This document shows positions 1 through 15,000 of a stretch of 64,000 bases of DNA, piece after piece. The position numbers and the translations under genes were made by a program. How positions within the stretch are numbered: the stretch's first letter is position 1; each line of letters begins with the position of its first letter. The notes under the pieces were generated by a model. It was not told where the DNA came from and did no database searches. It saw only the letters and a program-made list of their open reading frames with translations. The DNA lies in contig NC_092674.1 in NCBI RefSeq assembly GCF_964355755.1, forward strand, positions 30,442,001 through 30,506,000, written 5' to 3'. This DNA is from Antedon mediterranea. Lineage: Eukaryota > Animalia > Echinodermata.

Positions 1-3000
1 CGATCTGGACGTGGACGGAGACCTACTAGATGACCTATCAAACTTTACACCTGATAAATAGAAAATTTAATTTATATAAAATGTTATATTTACACAACCC
101 AAAGTTTTGGGACAATATTTTTACATAGTAAATATAGGGCTTACCTTTCTTTTCCTTCTCTTTATCTTTTTTCTTTTTCTTTCTTCGTCTGTGTCGCTCT
201 CTTCCTCTATCTTTGTCCTTTTTCTTTTTATGATGTTTTGGCTTTTCTTCCTCTTTCGTTGCTTTATTCTCCTCATGTATTGTAGAGTGAAGACTAAAAG
301 TGAAATAATTCAAAGTTTATAAATAATTAATAAGTCGGTATAGTAGTATACAATTCTTACTGATTGTTATTTGTATGACATTAGATGTTATAAGTAGTGC
401 AACAAAAGGTGTTTTACTTTTGGAAATCGACTCCTTGTAAATCCCAAATAAACCGTAAAGCAAAGTTGTAGCGGGATTTGGTGATCTTCACAATAGAGTT
501 TCTTTGGACGTTTACCTGAAACAATACAATAGTTTATTAAAATAATCCTGGTTTATGTTCTGTAATACCGAAGTGGCTCTCTGTTTCAATATCAAATAAT
601 ATTGTCTTTATGTACTACACAACACATGGATTTCATCAAAATAAAAATATGGAAATGTAATGAAAACCTTTTAGATAAATTTACAAACTTACTGCTTTGT
701 TGTTGAACTTAATTATGGTGTAAAACTTTGCTTGTTTCGCTTCATGAATCGGTGTGATTTGAACCATTCCTGGTACCCAACATTGGTAGGGCACTTTTCC
801 AGTTTTGACCAATACATAATCTGCCACCTGTGAAATAGATAAACTTTTTGTAGATTACAAGTGAGTACAGATCATCTTGTAACAAACTGGGTTAGTGCTA
901 CCAGACTGACACCATGAATATGTGAATATTGTAGCTCAATGTATGTATTGGCCTATCTTTGATCTTGAATCTACACTCAATGTGTAGATAGAGGTTGGAC
1001 ACTCAATGTGTAGATAGAGGTTGAAGAGGAGAGAGCTAGTCAAACAAAGGTGACCCTTGGTGGTCAAACTTAGAGATCAGCTTCGAGATGTTTTTAGTGA
1101 AAGTGGTCGCAGTTGTGGAGTATGGAAGGGTACTCCAGTCTCTGACTGGAAATAACAAATTCCATTCTCCCTATGGCTGAAACATTGTGATGTCATGTTT
1201 CTTAGGTCGATTTCAAAAGAATAATCAAGGCTTGGGACTACTGTATATCAATTTTATATCAACTTACCCTGAGATAGGGACACGGCCTGGCACCACTCAT
1301 AGGAATAACAAAACGTGATGGTACTAAACGCTGAGTTGTATCGTAGAACTGGACTTCAATGTGACGGGCATTTGGAACATCCACAACAGTGCCTATTAAA
1401 TTTATATATTATTATTTCGTTTATTTTATATTTAATGAGTTCATGGTTTGGGAGAAAGCATCTACAGGTACATATATTTTGAAAAATTGAAAAAACCCAC
1501 ATGTATTGAAATTGTTGTCATTTTTTTAACATAACTTCTAGAAGGGATCCATGATAATAATGACTACCAATTACTGCTTTATCTATGTTCACTTTAATAT
1601 CTTTTTTCTATTTTGTATATTCATTCATTATTATCTAAATAAATATTATCTGAAATCTGAAATAACATGATGGTACAGTAGTGTCATGGTAAATGTGTTT
1701 AGCATCATTGTACAGAGCTTTCATGGTATAGGTTTCAGCATCATGGTACAGTGTCTCGGTAGTGTCATGTTAAAGGTGTCACATATCAGGCTGTTATTTC
1801 TTTTTTTTAATCATAGAAACTCATCAATTAATCTCCTTTATAACCGGTTTACCTTTATAATAGAATCCGTTCTCATCACTCCGTGCTATCACATGCATTC
1901 CTTTCATTTTGTCTAAGACACAGCGAACTCGTTTCTTACTAAGAGCCTTCTTGAGTGGTTTGTCTGTAGTTTTGTGGCTACCAGTAACCAAAGCATTGAG
2001 GCCCTAAATAGAAGAGAACAAAAGATTTGTAAGGGATAAAGAAGATAGAATATATGTAGAAGAGATGCATGCTATATGTCCATTTATTTCGTAATACATC
2101 AAAAGATATAGACAGAACTTTTCATTTTATTTGCTGCTAGCTACGGTCAAAGTTCACGTTGAATAGCCATTTTGAAATAAAAATAAACAGCTGAAAACAG
2201 TAAAGAAACAAGAATATTAATGAAAATGCATAGGCCTACATAGAAAGCAGTGAAATAGCAGACAAACCAGCTCAAACAAAACTCTTAGAAAAAAACATAA
2301 AACAACAAAGAAAGCCAGTGTACATTCATGCAAGGTTTTTTCAGTTTATTTGTGAGTTTGCAGCTAAAAATACAATTAAAAGTTCAATTGTTCATTATAA
2401 TCATATAGAAATACAGTATATAAGCCCTATGGCAATGTTTAATGTATTGGAATAATACAATATTAACATTCATTCCTACAGTACATTAAATTTGTTCAGT
2501 ATAAATACACCAATTTATAAAATCTCCACCTAAATTTGTAAAATACATTTTTGGTTAATCTAGCATTGTTTGTTACATTTCTATCTATTTAAATTTTTCA
2601 ACTTTCTAAAAAAAATAATAGCACTAACTTAGGATATGTTCAGACTATAAAATCCTAACTTTTTCCTTTCAATCTTTTAAACTATAATATAGTAATTTCT
2701 TTATTACAATTATTATATAAACTTAATCCGAATCTCGCAAGCTAACACCACCATCATTCTCATCTACCTCATAACTTAGAGCATCGCTCCTCCTCGAAGC
2801 ATCACTCCTCCTCGATGTATTGCTCCTCCTTGATGAATCGCTTTTCCTTGATGCAGCATCATCTGATTCAACATTATCAGAAAATCTTGTACGAGGCGAA
2901 TCATCTTCTCGAGGTGTACTTGCTGTGACTTTGGGAGTTTTTCCATTACTTTCCTTCACAGCATTTCGTAGGTCTTCACTCTGCTGAAGATAGCGGTGAG

Positions 3001-6000
3001 CTTTTTCAATCTCTTCTTCTAATAGGATGATGTCCTGTTCTTTGATTGGCCAACCAATTCGGTCAAGCGCCTCCAAACAGTCCCGTCGATTTTCTATGAA
3101 GGAGACTGGTATATCCGAATCAAATCTATAAAAAAACATTTTAGAATTAAAATTTGACTCGATTTGTATAGTGCTTTTGTACAGTAATTCTCCTCAACAA
3201 ATGTCAGAATATAATATACAGTATAACTTACTTGTCTTTTTCTTCTTGTGGTAGAGCTCTCCAAACAACCTTGTCCAATCTCACCATATACTCCACGATG
3301 GCTTTTTGTAGTTTCTCTTCATAGGATTCAAGATTCACTGCACTGGGGTTGATTAGCTGAACTTCATGTCGATTACTGCCAGTAGTATGAGCAAGTGGAA
3401 TCACCTTAAAAAAACACACACAGAAAAGTTTATAATTCAGAAGTAAGAATTGTCCCAAGGGAAGAGGATTTATTTCAGGTTTAGAAATAAGAACCTCTGC
3501 AGAGCAAAATAAAGAAACTATTAGAAAGTCTAGTCAACTACTAACCTCATCAAAGACCTTGGAGATGACATGTTTGTCTAAGATAGGAATGTATTTTGAC
3601 CTTTGTCGTATCATCGTTGGGCCTAAAGCATCTATAATTGTCAGTTTTTTAGCAGAAAGACCATGCTTTTTTAGCCACTGCCTTGAAGACATCTCAAGAG
3701 AACTCTTCTTCTTTGTTTTCTTCTCTTTCTTTACAGGTTCTGGTCGTTCAATTCCTGCTTCTGTAAAAAAAAAAACATTGTTATTCTTATTTCTGTATTA
3801 CAGGTTCAATTGACTTTGTCCAAAGCTTGAAGATTATTTACACAAACTTGTATCAATACAAACTATGTTCAGAATGAAATTCTAGGTGTTTTCTGGTTCA
3901 ATTCCTGAATAATAGATATTAGATGGTAGATGGTGCAAAATAGTAAGCATTTTTATTCAGATTAAATGATCAATTTCTGTATTTCAATCAACTTACTTCT
4001 AAGTACATCAGTGTACCTCTCCCATTGGTTGTCCATTAACTCTTTTGTTTCTGGCAACACCCAATCTTTTTGTCCTGTTATTCTTAACAGACTTGTTTTA
4101 GTATGATCTGAAAAGAAAAAACAAACATACAATGAGAGGGACAAGCAGAGCAAGATGGAAAAATCTATTTCGTTAACAATTGAGTCATTGACAACTTGAA
4201 TGCTGTACAGTAAAGCATGCAGTTGTCTCTGTGGAATCTTTTATAAGAGGATTGAGGACCCTTGCCTAGGAATAAAGCTATCAAGCAAGTACACACCATA
4301 CAGTAATATTCAGTTTCCACTTACATGCAATATTAGGCTTGGACAAATTAGATTTCTTAGAGTGTAAAGTTGGTCGAGGAGGGTACGTAGATGTTCGACA
4401 TCTTTCATGGCCACCTGATGACCTATGACTAAGAGCTGATGTGGGTCGTTGTTGAAAACCTTGAGACGAGGCTGGTCTTGTAAGATGGAATTCATTTGAG
4501 GAGCTCAGTGACAATGTTCTTCCTTTCCCGGACATTGGCCTAGATGATCTAGAGTAATATAATGAAAATGTGGTTAGGGGAAATATAAGTTGAAAAATAT
4601 TAGCATTTACTATTAGCAGTTATCAAGAAAAAAGAAGAATTTAGAATCTGTTGACAACCCAAAAAAAACAACATAAAATTGTTCACCTTTTTCCATTATG
4701 ATTTCGGCCACATCCTTGAGACTGATTATTAGAGTTCCCCCAATCTAGCAGAGCGCACTGAGCACGTAGTTCAGATAACTTCTTTACATCATCTTTTCCT
4801 TTCTTTATCTCCTCCTTCAACAGACTTATGTCCTCACTTTCAAATGGTGCAGGCCCAATTCGTTCCCCCATGTTCTCTGAGTAGTAGTGGTATCGTCCAC
4901 CAGTGTCTGCTGCTAACTGTGACAGGAATTCGTTCGCTTCTACATCGTTGCAGTTGAATGATATTGCATGAATTGGAATGGAGTTTTGTAATTGCACTTG
5001 AGCTAAAATAGATTTGGTTGGCTGCAAAAAAGGCATTATAAATTAATTACAATAAACAACCCAAAGATGGGTGGTATTCAAATACCAGTCATACAGTACA
5101 ATTCTAGTCATTATAAGGAACAAATGTACACGCGCTCTCTCTCTCTCTTTCTCTCTTATCGTATATTTAGTATAAATCCAATTGGAACAACCCATGTTTC
5201 ACCTTCAATTTATTACTTACATGGTCTGGCCTTCCATCTGTCAAAAGATACACAGCTTGTGTTCCTGGGTCAGACAGAGCAATCTTTAATGCAGCTAGAG
5301 TATTCGTTGACCCTGTCACATTTAACCCTCGAACCCACTGCCATGCACTTTGGAGACTGTCCTCATTCACATCCAACATACGGTCTCGCCAAGAATGAGC
5401 TTTACTTCCAAACTGTGTCAGGTTGAATTTCATTTTGTGTCGAAGTTGTTCCTAAAGAAAAAAACAATATGAAATGACAGTCATTTTAATAAACACATAA
5501 AAGTAAACAGGATTTTTTACAATTTTTGTTAACATAAAAACCAAAAAACTTGTAATACCTGCATTAGACGATACAATCTGTCTTTCACTAAGTTGAGATG
5601 GTTCTCCATTGAGTTGGATGTGTCTATCAAGATATAAACTTGCTCTTCTATGATGGTACCAAACAACTCACGACTACCCTGCTGAAGCCAGTCAATCCTG
5701 TAAAATTCAAAATTCCAATATTATTTTAATTAGTGTAAAACTAGAATAACTTTCTGTAGGCTTCAAAATAACAAGATTTTAGAAAAGTCACAGTCATCAA
5801 TTACAAAAATCAAAGTTAATTTATTAGTACAGTAAGTTTGACATCAGTTTTAAATTGCGTACCTTCTCTGAAAGTCATTTACAGCCACAGTCATTTTCTT
5901 TTCAAATGTGCGGTGAACTTCAGCTGTCACATGTACATGTTTCACTGTGCCATCCTTCCACTTAAAATGGCAAAATTGGTTGCAGTACTTGGCATTTACA

Positions 6001-9000
6001 AGTTTGTTTCTTGTGTCCTGCAAAACATGTATCAAACAGATATAATAATAACACACTACTTTAATACAGTATTTAACTTCTATATAATGATTTCTTGCGG
6101 TGATGCTAATTTGCTGATCACATTAAGAAACTGACAAATGTGAAGAAGCAAAAAGGGTTTTGATGTAGCAATGAGACTATTAGTGAACTATTTAGATTAA
6201 ATGTAGTATGGTTTAAACATTACTTACAGCATCAGTGTATTCATCATTAGGAGGGCGCTGCAGGTTGACAACTCCATCGCAGTGTTTGAATGACACAAGT
6301 CCAAGTGCATCATAGAGGCCAAGTTTGCGAGACTTTAAACCATGGCTCTGAAGCCACTCTCTAGACCCCATGTTTTGTTCACTTCGTTTCACATCAGATG
6401 GTGATGGAGCGATTGCCGGAGTCTCTGTATTAAATAAATAAAATATATTTATAAATTCAAATATTTAGATTGCTCTTTGTATAGTTGGTATAAACTTTTC
6501 ATTCATTGCTTTGTACACAATTTTGCATTATTTTATGAAAATGAACACTGATTAAGAAGAATGTCTGAATGGAAAAACTGGAGAAAACAAAGAAATTCAG
6601 TGCTACAGTAGGGTGGAGATTAAGAATCGTCATTTTGTCATGGTGAAGTAAGGACACATAAAATAGTATTATAAAACCAGAGAGGGGTTTAATGCTGATG
6701 ACATACCTGGTTTATTACTATCAACAGCTGAGTCTGTTAGTAAAGATTGCAGATCAGCCAGTATGTTACGTGCTTCTTCAAGCTCACTCCATACCAGGAC
6801 AACATCTTCTCTTGTTCCAGCTCCAGGAGGTATTCCACCCAGCTTAATATGGCTGTCTAGTGTGTATCCACTTGTGCCTACAACGTCTGCATCCAGTTTA
6901 TTGAAAGCAAATGCATGGAATCTTGAAAACAAAAAAATAATCAAAAATCAAGAAAAAAAAAATTTGTTTTAAATAGAAACTCTCCCAGACCCAATTTTTG
7001 TTTAGATTATTTTATAAATAAACTAGAAACCAGTTCAAGAGTCCAGACCAGATTGGCCAAAAAAGTAAGTATTCTTATCTTTTATGAACTGCTGCATTTA
7101 CTTATGAGATGTTTATCAAAACCAAAATAGGCTTATTTTCAAATCACTATGTTCAAAACACTATCTAACTACCAATCTTATACCATATTATAATATATGG
7201 TAGATTTTTCATTTTTGATAGATTTGGCCTTACCTGCCACCAGTGAGCTCGGATGCTTGTCTTAGAAACTTAATGGTAGTTGAGTCTGTACTGTTGAAGG
7301 CTACAGTGTTGACTGGTATAGGAGCACCTTTCATCTTCTGTAAGAACAGCTCTGTGTTTGTTTTAGCAGAACTACCTTCAGAGAAGAGGTAAACGGCTTC
7401 AATCTGAAACGAATTACAATAAATAAAGGATTAACACATCACGTTCAGTAAATTGTTAAATTTTGGAAAGTTGTAGCTTGGTGGTTTAGATATTATCATT
7501 ACTATTAATCTCTCATATATGATCCTCAAGATTCAAACATTTTTCTCATGACAAAAACTACACTCCATTCCCAATGACTGATAATAAGACTTATTAACCT
7601 ACAGTATTACTGTTTATGTAGAGAGAGCTTCTTGTGTTTATGTTTGTCTTGTGAATAGTACATAAAATCACTTTATGGTTATCTATTGCAATGTGCCTAA
7701 TTTGAAGAGAAAAACAACAAATAAAATCTATTTACATTTTCATCATTGAAAGCTTTTACAATTCCTTCCAAGGCACTGTTCTGTGTAGTAGCTGCAACTT
7801 TGTCAAGATCCAGCAACCAGTCAATGGCACTGTTCAAGCTCTCTGCAGACATTGGCACAGCATAGGGCTGGAATGACACTTGATCTTCAGCAGCTCTGAA
7901 ACAAGATAAAGTACAGTATCAAATTAACACCTTAAATGAAAGAGTAGTTGCAAACAAATAGAGATAAAAATAGCAATTCACTTTGAGTAAATAAATGGCT
8001 TCAACCATGTATCATGCATACAGTAAATGTCATCTTTGTTGTCGTTCCTAAAGTCAATATCGGTTGTTTAAAATGTTTGTAAATTATAAGTTTTGGAGAA
8101 TATACACTTATAAATACTGTTGTATCTTATATCTTCATTTGAAAAACTTTTATAAGTCTGGAAAGGCAAGTTTACCTTATAAGATTAAGTTTGGCCACCT
8201 GTGATCCTTGCTCCTCAATGACTTTAACAATAGCATTACGACAGTGTTCAAACTGTCCCGGTGAATGAGTTTTAATGTCAATAACAATTGATATACATCT
8301 CTCTTCAATTACACCAAAGAATCGTCTACTCTCGGTTGTCAACCACTCGATTCGTTTCTTGTAAAGTAATATTGCTTGAAGTAGACTGTTTTCAATCTGT
8401 TTGATCTTCTCTTTGCCGACATTCAACTGAAATTTTAACAATCCTTTTTTAATTTTGATAAAAAAAGTTTATTCAATGCAACACTCACTTATTCTGATTT
8501 TTGACAGTGCTATGAGCAATGATCGTTGGAATGCTGCTTTCAAAATGGAACGATTGATTGATTGATTGATTGATGCTAAAGAGTGAACTCCCACTTACAT
8601 TCGTAATAAAATAATGTTTGGTTTATATTCTATTATTCATTTCTGTAGATGATCAAATAAAAATTGAAATGTCGAATCATGGCTTTGAGTCCCTCTAACT
8701 TTTTGAACATACATGGTTAATTACCTTTAGATGTTTTGAATTATATAGTTTTTTCAATTTTCTTACATTAACATTGTAAACTGTACCGTCTCTTCGTGGA
8801 TATCGTGAGAAAAGTCCTTCGCCATAACGAGAACAAACAGGCTTCTTTAAGGCTTGATCAAAATCTTGAAAAAAGGGTAAAAAATAAATGGATATACTAT
8901 ATGTCTAATATTAATATAATTATTTTTATTGATAAATGATGATTTAAATCATTTGTAGTTAGCACTTTAGGGAAGAGAAGCACAATGGTACTATGGGCTG

Positions 9001-12000
9001 CAGATACAAGAGAACGACAAGGAACACACATTCTACCCCTGACTACCAAAGTTTTCACTTTACTGTATATTAGATTAGAGAACATGCAACGTATTCTGCA
9101 TGTTCACTTTCAAATAGGTTATTATAATAGCTTTATCATCATCAAAAACAGATTAGACAAACAATCTGAAACCAGCAATCTAATATTATCACCAACAAGT
9201 TGGCTTAAACAAATAATGAACATCAGACAATAGACTTTTTACAGAATACAGCATACAGTACGTGTACAGACAATAGACGTCTGATGGTAGTGACATGATG
9301 TTGCTAGCCAACCATTCACTCTACAAATTCAATTTCAGAATGTGTGTCATCAAACATACAATCTGTTAAAAGATTGTCTGATTTTTAAAACAATTTCATA
9401 TGCATCCGACATTGAGAAACTATAGCCAATTATAAGATGAATTTATTTGAGGTTTAGGGAGGGTAACCACTAAAGCTACAAACATCTCTCCAGTACGTTC
9501 CTTTATATGTTGTGATATAATGTATATCAAAGTAATTTATTTTGCTTACCATAGCAGGGTTGCTAACTTCCATTTTTTATGAAGATTGTGCATTTTGTGA
9601 CAAAAGCACCAAATTTGGCACAAACCTTCTTTAGGGTATATCTAACAATCCTAGAAGGGGTGCCCAAAAATCGGAACAATTTAACGACGTCATTTGGACC
9701 ACGCCCTTTTTTTAGTATTACGTAATTAGGTGAAAACTCAAATCTTAGTATATACATACCAAGTTTGGTATCAAATTAAAACTCATGACATGTACATTGC
9801 AATACACACATAGCAAATATATGATTTCTCTTCAGACGGAATATATAGGTCAAATAATGTAATTTTCTGTCATATTGAAGGGAATTTCAATCAAAACGCG
9901 CCAATATTGGGCTATGTTATGAACATTGTAGTTATAAGAACAACAACATTCATTTTTGTAATAGAACTACAGTACTAATATATATTTATCCTGTATCAGT
10001 TACTTTCCTTTAACATAATATTAGGAACCACCGAAAAAAAGTATATAAAACATATACTGTATCAAACTTGGCTCAATAATCACTGGACTAAGTAAACAGA
10101 CAAAAGACCATTTGACTGACAATTATGGCGTTAGCATCCATAACAATACATGGAGGTGATTTTCAACTTTACTTTTATGAAATTATTTATCTGGAAACAA
10201 ACACTTATAATGGTACAGAGTTGCTAGATGACGAACAAGTTCCACGGCATGGGTAACAAAGACCAGTGCAAAAAAGACCTGCTGAACGGCACTTGCAGTT
10301 CCCTGAGCAATGCAGGCAACCAATTCCTCGATAATTGTTCAGAACTTCTGGTCTTGGATGCTCGAGATTGTGCCAATAAAAGTGCAGTAGTGACAGTTCG
10401 TACAATTCAGGATGTAGGTACTACCCAGTACCAACAATATTTCAAGGAAGTTATTCTCGACAGAAGTGTTGCAATTCAACAAGCCATCAAACAGAATAAG
10501 CTGCCGTTGTTCAACACACCATGGTCAAAATCAGTGTCCAAAACAAAGCAACAAGTTAAGAGTTTAAAAAGTGACTGCAGCCTATTCAGTCGACTGTATA
10601 TTGCAAGTCAATCTAGTGATGGAGTTTTGGAAGACATCTTCATGCATGAAAACCAGCCATGGCAACCCTCTTTGGCAGTAAATGGAAAGCTTCGACTACC
10701 AACTAAGAAGTCTGAGTTTCTACAGCATTTGGAGACTGAAGGCCAGCCTGAACCTCCTACATATTGTGACGTAAAGGTGTTTGACAGAGCTGCTATTGTC
10801 TATGCCCTTTCCAGCACCCATGCATTTACATTTGATGACTACGGTGATAAGGTGAGTACATTTCTTTGCATTCAGGATTGTATCTATTGTTTAACCACCA
10901 CATAATTGGTCACTTCTATATGCGGATCGTTATTCTTGTATCATTTGTATGACAGGTCTTTCTACCGTGGACCAGACAGCAGCTGCAGAATAGTAACAGA
11001 ATTGATATAGTGTGGGACACTTACAGAACAGATAGTCTTAAGCAGTCTACAGGAGAAAAAAGAGGAAAGGGGGTCAAGAGGAAAGTTGGGGGACAAACAA
11101 AGATTCCAGGGAATTTTCCAGACTTTCTGAAAGATCCAGTAAATAAAGAGGAGTTATTTACTTTTTAACTACAAAGGTGTCTACCCATGATTACTCTGAC
11201 TGCAAAGAAGTTTACATTACATCAGGTAAGTTTTATTATGATACATACTTATTTATTTTGTTTGTAACCAAACGATTAATTTACTTATACAGTTTCATAC
11301 CAATAATTAATTAAAAAGGCATATTAAATTAGTAAGTAATTCTTGATATATGTCCTGTAGGCGAGTCTGTTGTATGTTGACATCTACTCAACCTATGTCA
11401 ATCTGCGACCATGAAGAGGGATGTGCATTCACATTGATGATGCCTTAAAGAAAGGTAGCAGGGTTATTTTGGTGCGTACAGTTGATACTGATGTCGTCGT
11501 TATCTTGGTTGGTATTTTCTGCAATCTAATAGCCTGTTATCTTGGTACGTGTATCTGGGTCGCATTTGGCATGCGTAAGCACTTCCAATATTTTAATATA
11601 AATACCATCTGCCATAACCTAGGAGAGGATAAGTCAAGAGGGCTGCCAGTTTTTCATGCATTTACTGGGTCCGATACTACATCCCAGTTCTTCGGAAAAT
11701 CAAAACACTCCGCATGGGAGACGTGGAACTCATTTCCAGCAGTCACAGAAGCCTTTCTTTTCATGGCACATCACCCTTTCAAATCTCTAGGAGTCAACTC
11801 ATCTCAATTCCAGTTGCTAGATGAGTTTACATGTCATCTATACGACAAGACAAGTACTTTAAGAAGTGTTACTAAGCTAAGACAAGATCTTTTTTCAAGA
11901 AAGGCACGGACAATGGACAACATTCCTCCTACACAGGTAAGGGGAGCTTCCATATAATTGTCAATTGTCGTTTAATAATTTATTATCAGATTCATGTTTT

Positions 12001-15000
12001 TCTTTCATTAAAAGGTAACACCAATCTTTAAATTGTTTATTGCAGGATGCACTTTTACAGCATTCCAACAGATCCATATACCAAGCAAGCATTTGGACCA
12101 CCAGTCTACAGCCACAGCAGAATGCTCCATCACCAGAAGACTTTGGTTGGACTAAAACCGGCAGTACATGGACACCAGTCTGGACAATACTACCTGAAGC
12201 ATCCAAGGCATGTAGGGAATTGCTAAAGTGTGGCTGCAAAAAGTTGCCTTTTTGCTCAGGGAACTGCAAGTGTCGTTCAGCAGTGCACTGGTCTTGTTAC
12301 CCATGCCGTGGAACTTGTTCGTCATCTAGCAACTCTGTACCATTATAAGCGTTTGTTTCCAGATAAATAATTTCATAAAAGTAAAGTTGATAATCACCTC
12401 CATGTATTGTTATGGTTGCTAACGCCATAATTGTCAGTCAAATGGTCTTTTGTCGGTTTACTAATAGTCCAGTGGTTATTGAGCCAAGTTTGATATAGTA
12501 TATGTTTTATATACCTTTTTTCAGTGGTTCCTAATATTATGTTAAAGGAAAGTAACTGGTACATGATAAATATACATTAGTACTATTACAAAAATGAATG
12601 TTGTTGTTCTTATAACTACAATGTTCATAACATAGCACAATATTGGCACGTTTTGATTGAAATACCCTTCAATATGACAGAAAATTACATTATTTGACCT
12701 ATATATTCCGTCTGAAGAGAAATCATATATTGTTTATGTGTGTATTGCAATGTACATGTCATGAGTTTTTATTTGATACCAAACTTGGTATGTATATACG
12801 AAGATTTAAGTTTTCACCTAATTACGTAATACTAAAAAAAGGGCGTGGTCCAAATGACGTCGTTAAATTGTTCCGATTTTTGGGCACCCCTTCTAGGATT
12901 GTTAGATATACCCTAAAGAAGGTTTGTGCCAAATTTGGTGCTTTTGTCACAAAGTGCACAAAAAAAGTGCTAAGTTACCCTGCTACCATACTAAAACCTT
13001 TTCACGACATTAAGCAGATCTCTCACTGCATTTCTGAATTTCTCGGTTGCCCTTATTATGTAAGAGTAATCTCACTCCTTCCTGCCCTTATGTTTGCCAA
13101 AAATATAATCATTTGGATAAATGTTCATACGTTAACTTACCATCAAAATGTTTAAATCCAATGGAGGACAATATCTGTCCAAGGTTCAACCTGTTTTTCT
13201 TCAAGCCGTATGTAGCCAGCCACTTCTTTGATGATATCAAGGAGGACACATCAGGCTCCCATACCTTTTTCTTTGTTGGTTTTTGTTTTACGTATGACTG
13301 TATATCTTCAACTGAAACATTGATATCAGATTTCGACCCATTTGTAACTCCGGAAATCGGCAAATTTGGTAGGTCAAATTTGGGTCCTATAGGAACAAAA
13401 TTTTAAAATATCAACAGAAATATTATTTGAAAAGTTATTGTATGTGCAATTTTAAAATGATAATTAAATAAACACAATAGGATAACTTCGAAGATTTTAA
13501 ACAGCAATAAAAATACTGTAGTATTACATATTTATTATCTGTACAGGTACTGTATATAATTCTCCAGTTAATTATCAATAACAATGTTACATTATATTTG
13601 TTATTGATTAAATTACTGAAAATATGACATGTGGGTACCAGTGGCTGGATAAAATATGACATGTGGGTACCAGTGGCTGGATAAAATATGACATGTGGGT
13701 ACCAGTGGCTGTGGATAAAATATGACATGTGGGTACCAGTGGCTGGATAAAATATGACATGTGGGTACCAGTGGCTGTGGATAAAATATGACATGTGGGT
13801 ACCAGTGGCTGGATCTCAATGGATATACAAATAAAATAAGCAAAAACCTAAATCAAAATGAAAGAAATTGCAGAGCTTTTGAAAACACTATTCCTTCAAC
13901 AGTTAGTTTTTTTAATTTATTTTTTATATTATGTTAAAAATTATTTGATTATATTAGTTAAGTATTTGAGAATGAAAAAAACTGGAATGTATGATGATGA
14001 GTGACTGATTAGTAAGAAAATAAACAATTCAGAAAGTGCAAAAAGAAATTTCTGAAAATGTGATAAAATTAGTAAAGAAAAGCTAGTACACTCTCTAGAA
14101 AGATTTCACTACACTTCTACCAGATCACTGTTTTAAATTTTACAATAAAAGAGACAAAAATGGTTAATTTTAAAATGATACCATGATAACATTAGTAAGC
14201 TGCACCTTGGTGCAGTACAAATGTACTGTAGAGGTATACGTGTGCAAAACAATTTTTGTGTTCAAGTAACTTTTTGATTTTAGATGATAATTTCTGCATC
14301 AAAAGAGAAATAGTGAGATAAGTTAAGCTCTGTCTACACTATCAAACTATTATCAAAGTGGTACCAAATATGGTAGTGATATATCCAAATATGGTAGTGA
14401 TATATCCAAATATGGTAGTGACATCATCCATGTCTATATATGGGCACATCACATTTTGTTGTCACATAAAGTTTGATAGGATAGAGCTTAAAAAAAAGTT
14501 AGTTGATTAGTATGTGCTCCTTCATTCGTCACTTCAAACAACTTACTATGCTGGTCAGAAAGAGGAAAGTAAACTCGGTCACGTTCTATCTCGTACATTT
14601 CAATTAGTTTTTATATCCTAAAATGAGCAGTTACACCAAGATAATAAAATGAAAATTGATAAAGATATATTTCTTACAATGTAAAATATTCAATGAATGT
14701 ACATGTGTTTTTAAATTGTACATTTTTTTTCACATTTTGCTGCGGATACTTCTGCAACTGCACCCAATTAATATCTTTATTTGAGCTGCTGCAAATAGAT
14801 TGCCCCACCAAAACAAAATATGCAATTATGTATGACATATTCTCGTTAATTATGATTCCGACAAATGTTTATTTATAATTTCAAAACATTTTTTATGTGC
14901 CCATCAACATTTAAGACAAACATTTTGAGGATTTCATACTGGAAGTCTAATATCAGTGTAGGCCTAACTACATGTAAATCAACAGTCTAGACTATAGGCC

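Noticed and set aside
38-313. Lys/Arg-rich ORF as a separate small basic protein gene
   Set aside because: Bounded by splice sites (~145-294) in series with the VWA3B exons; treated as a low-complexity VWA3B exon.
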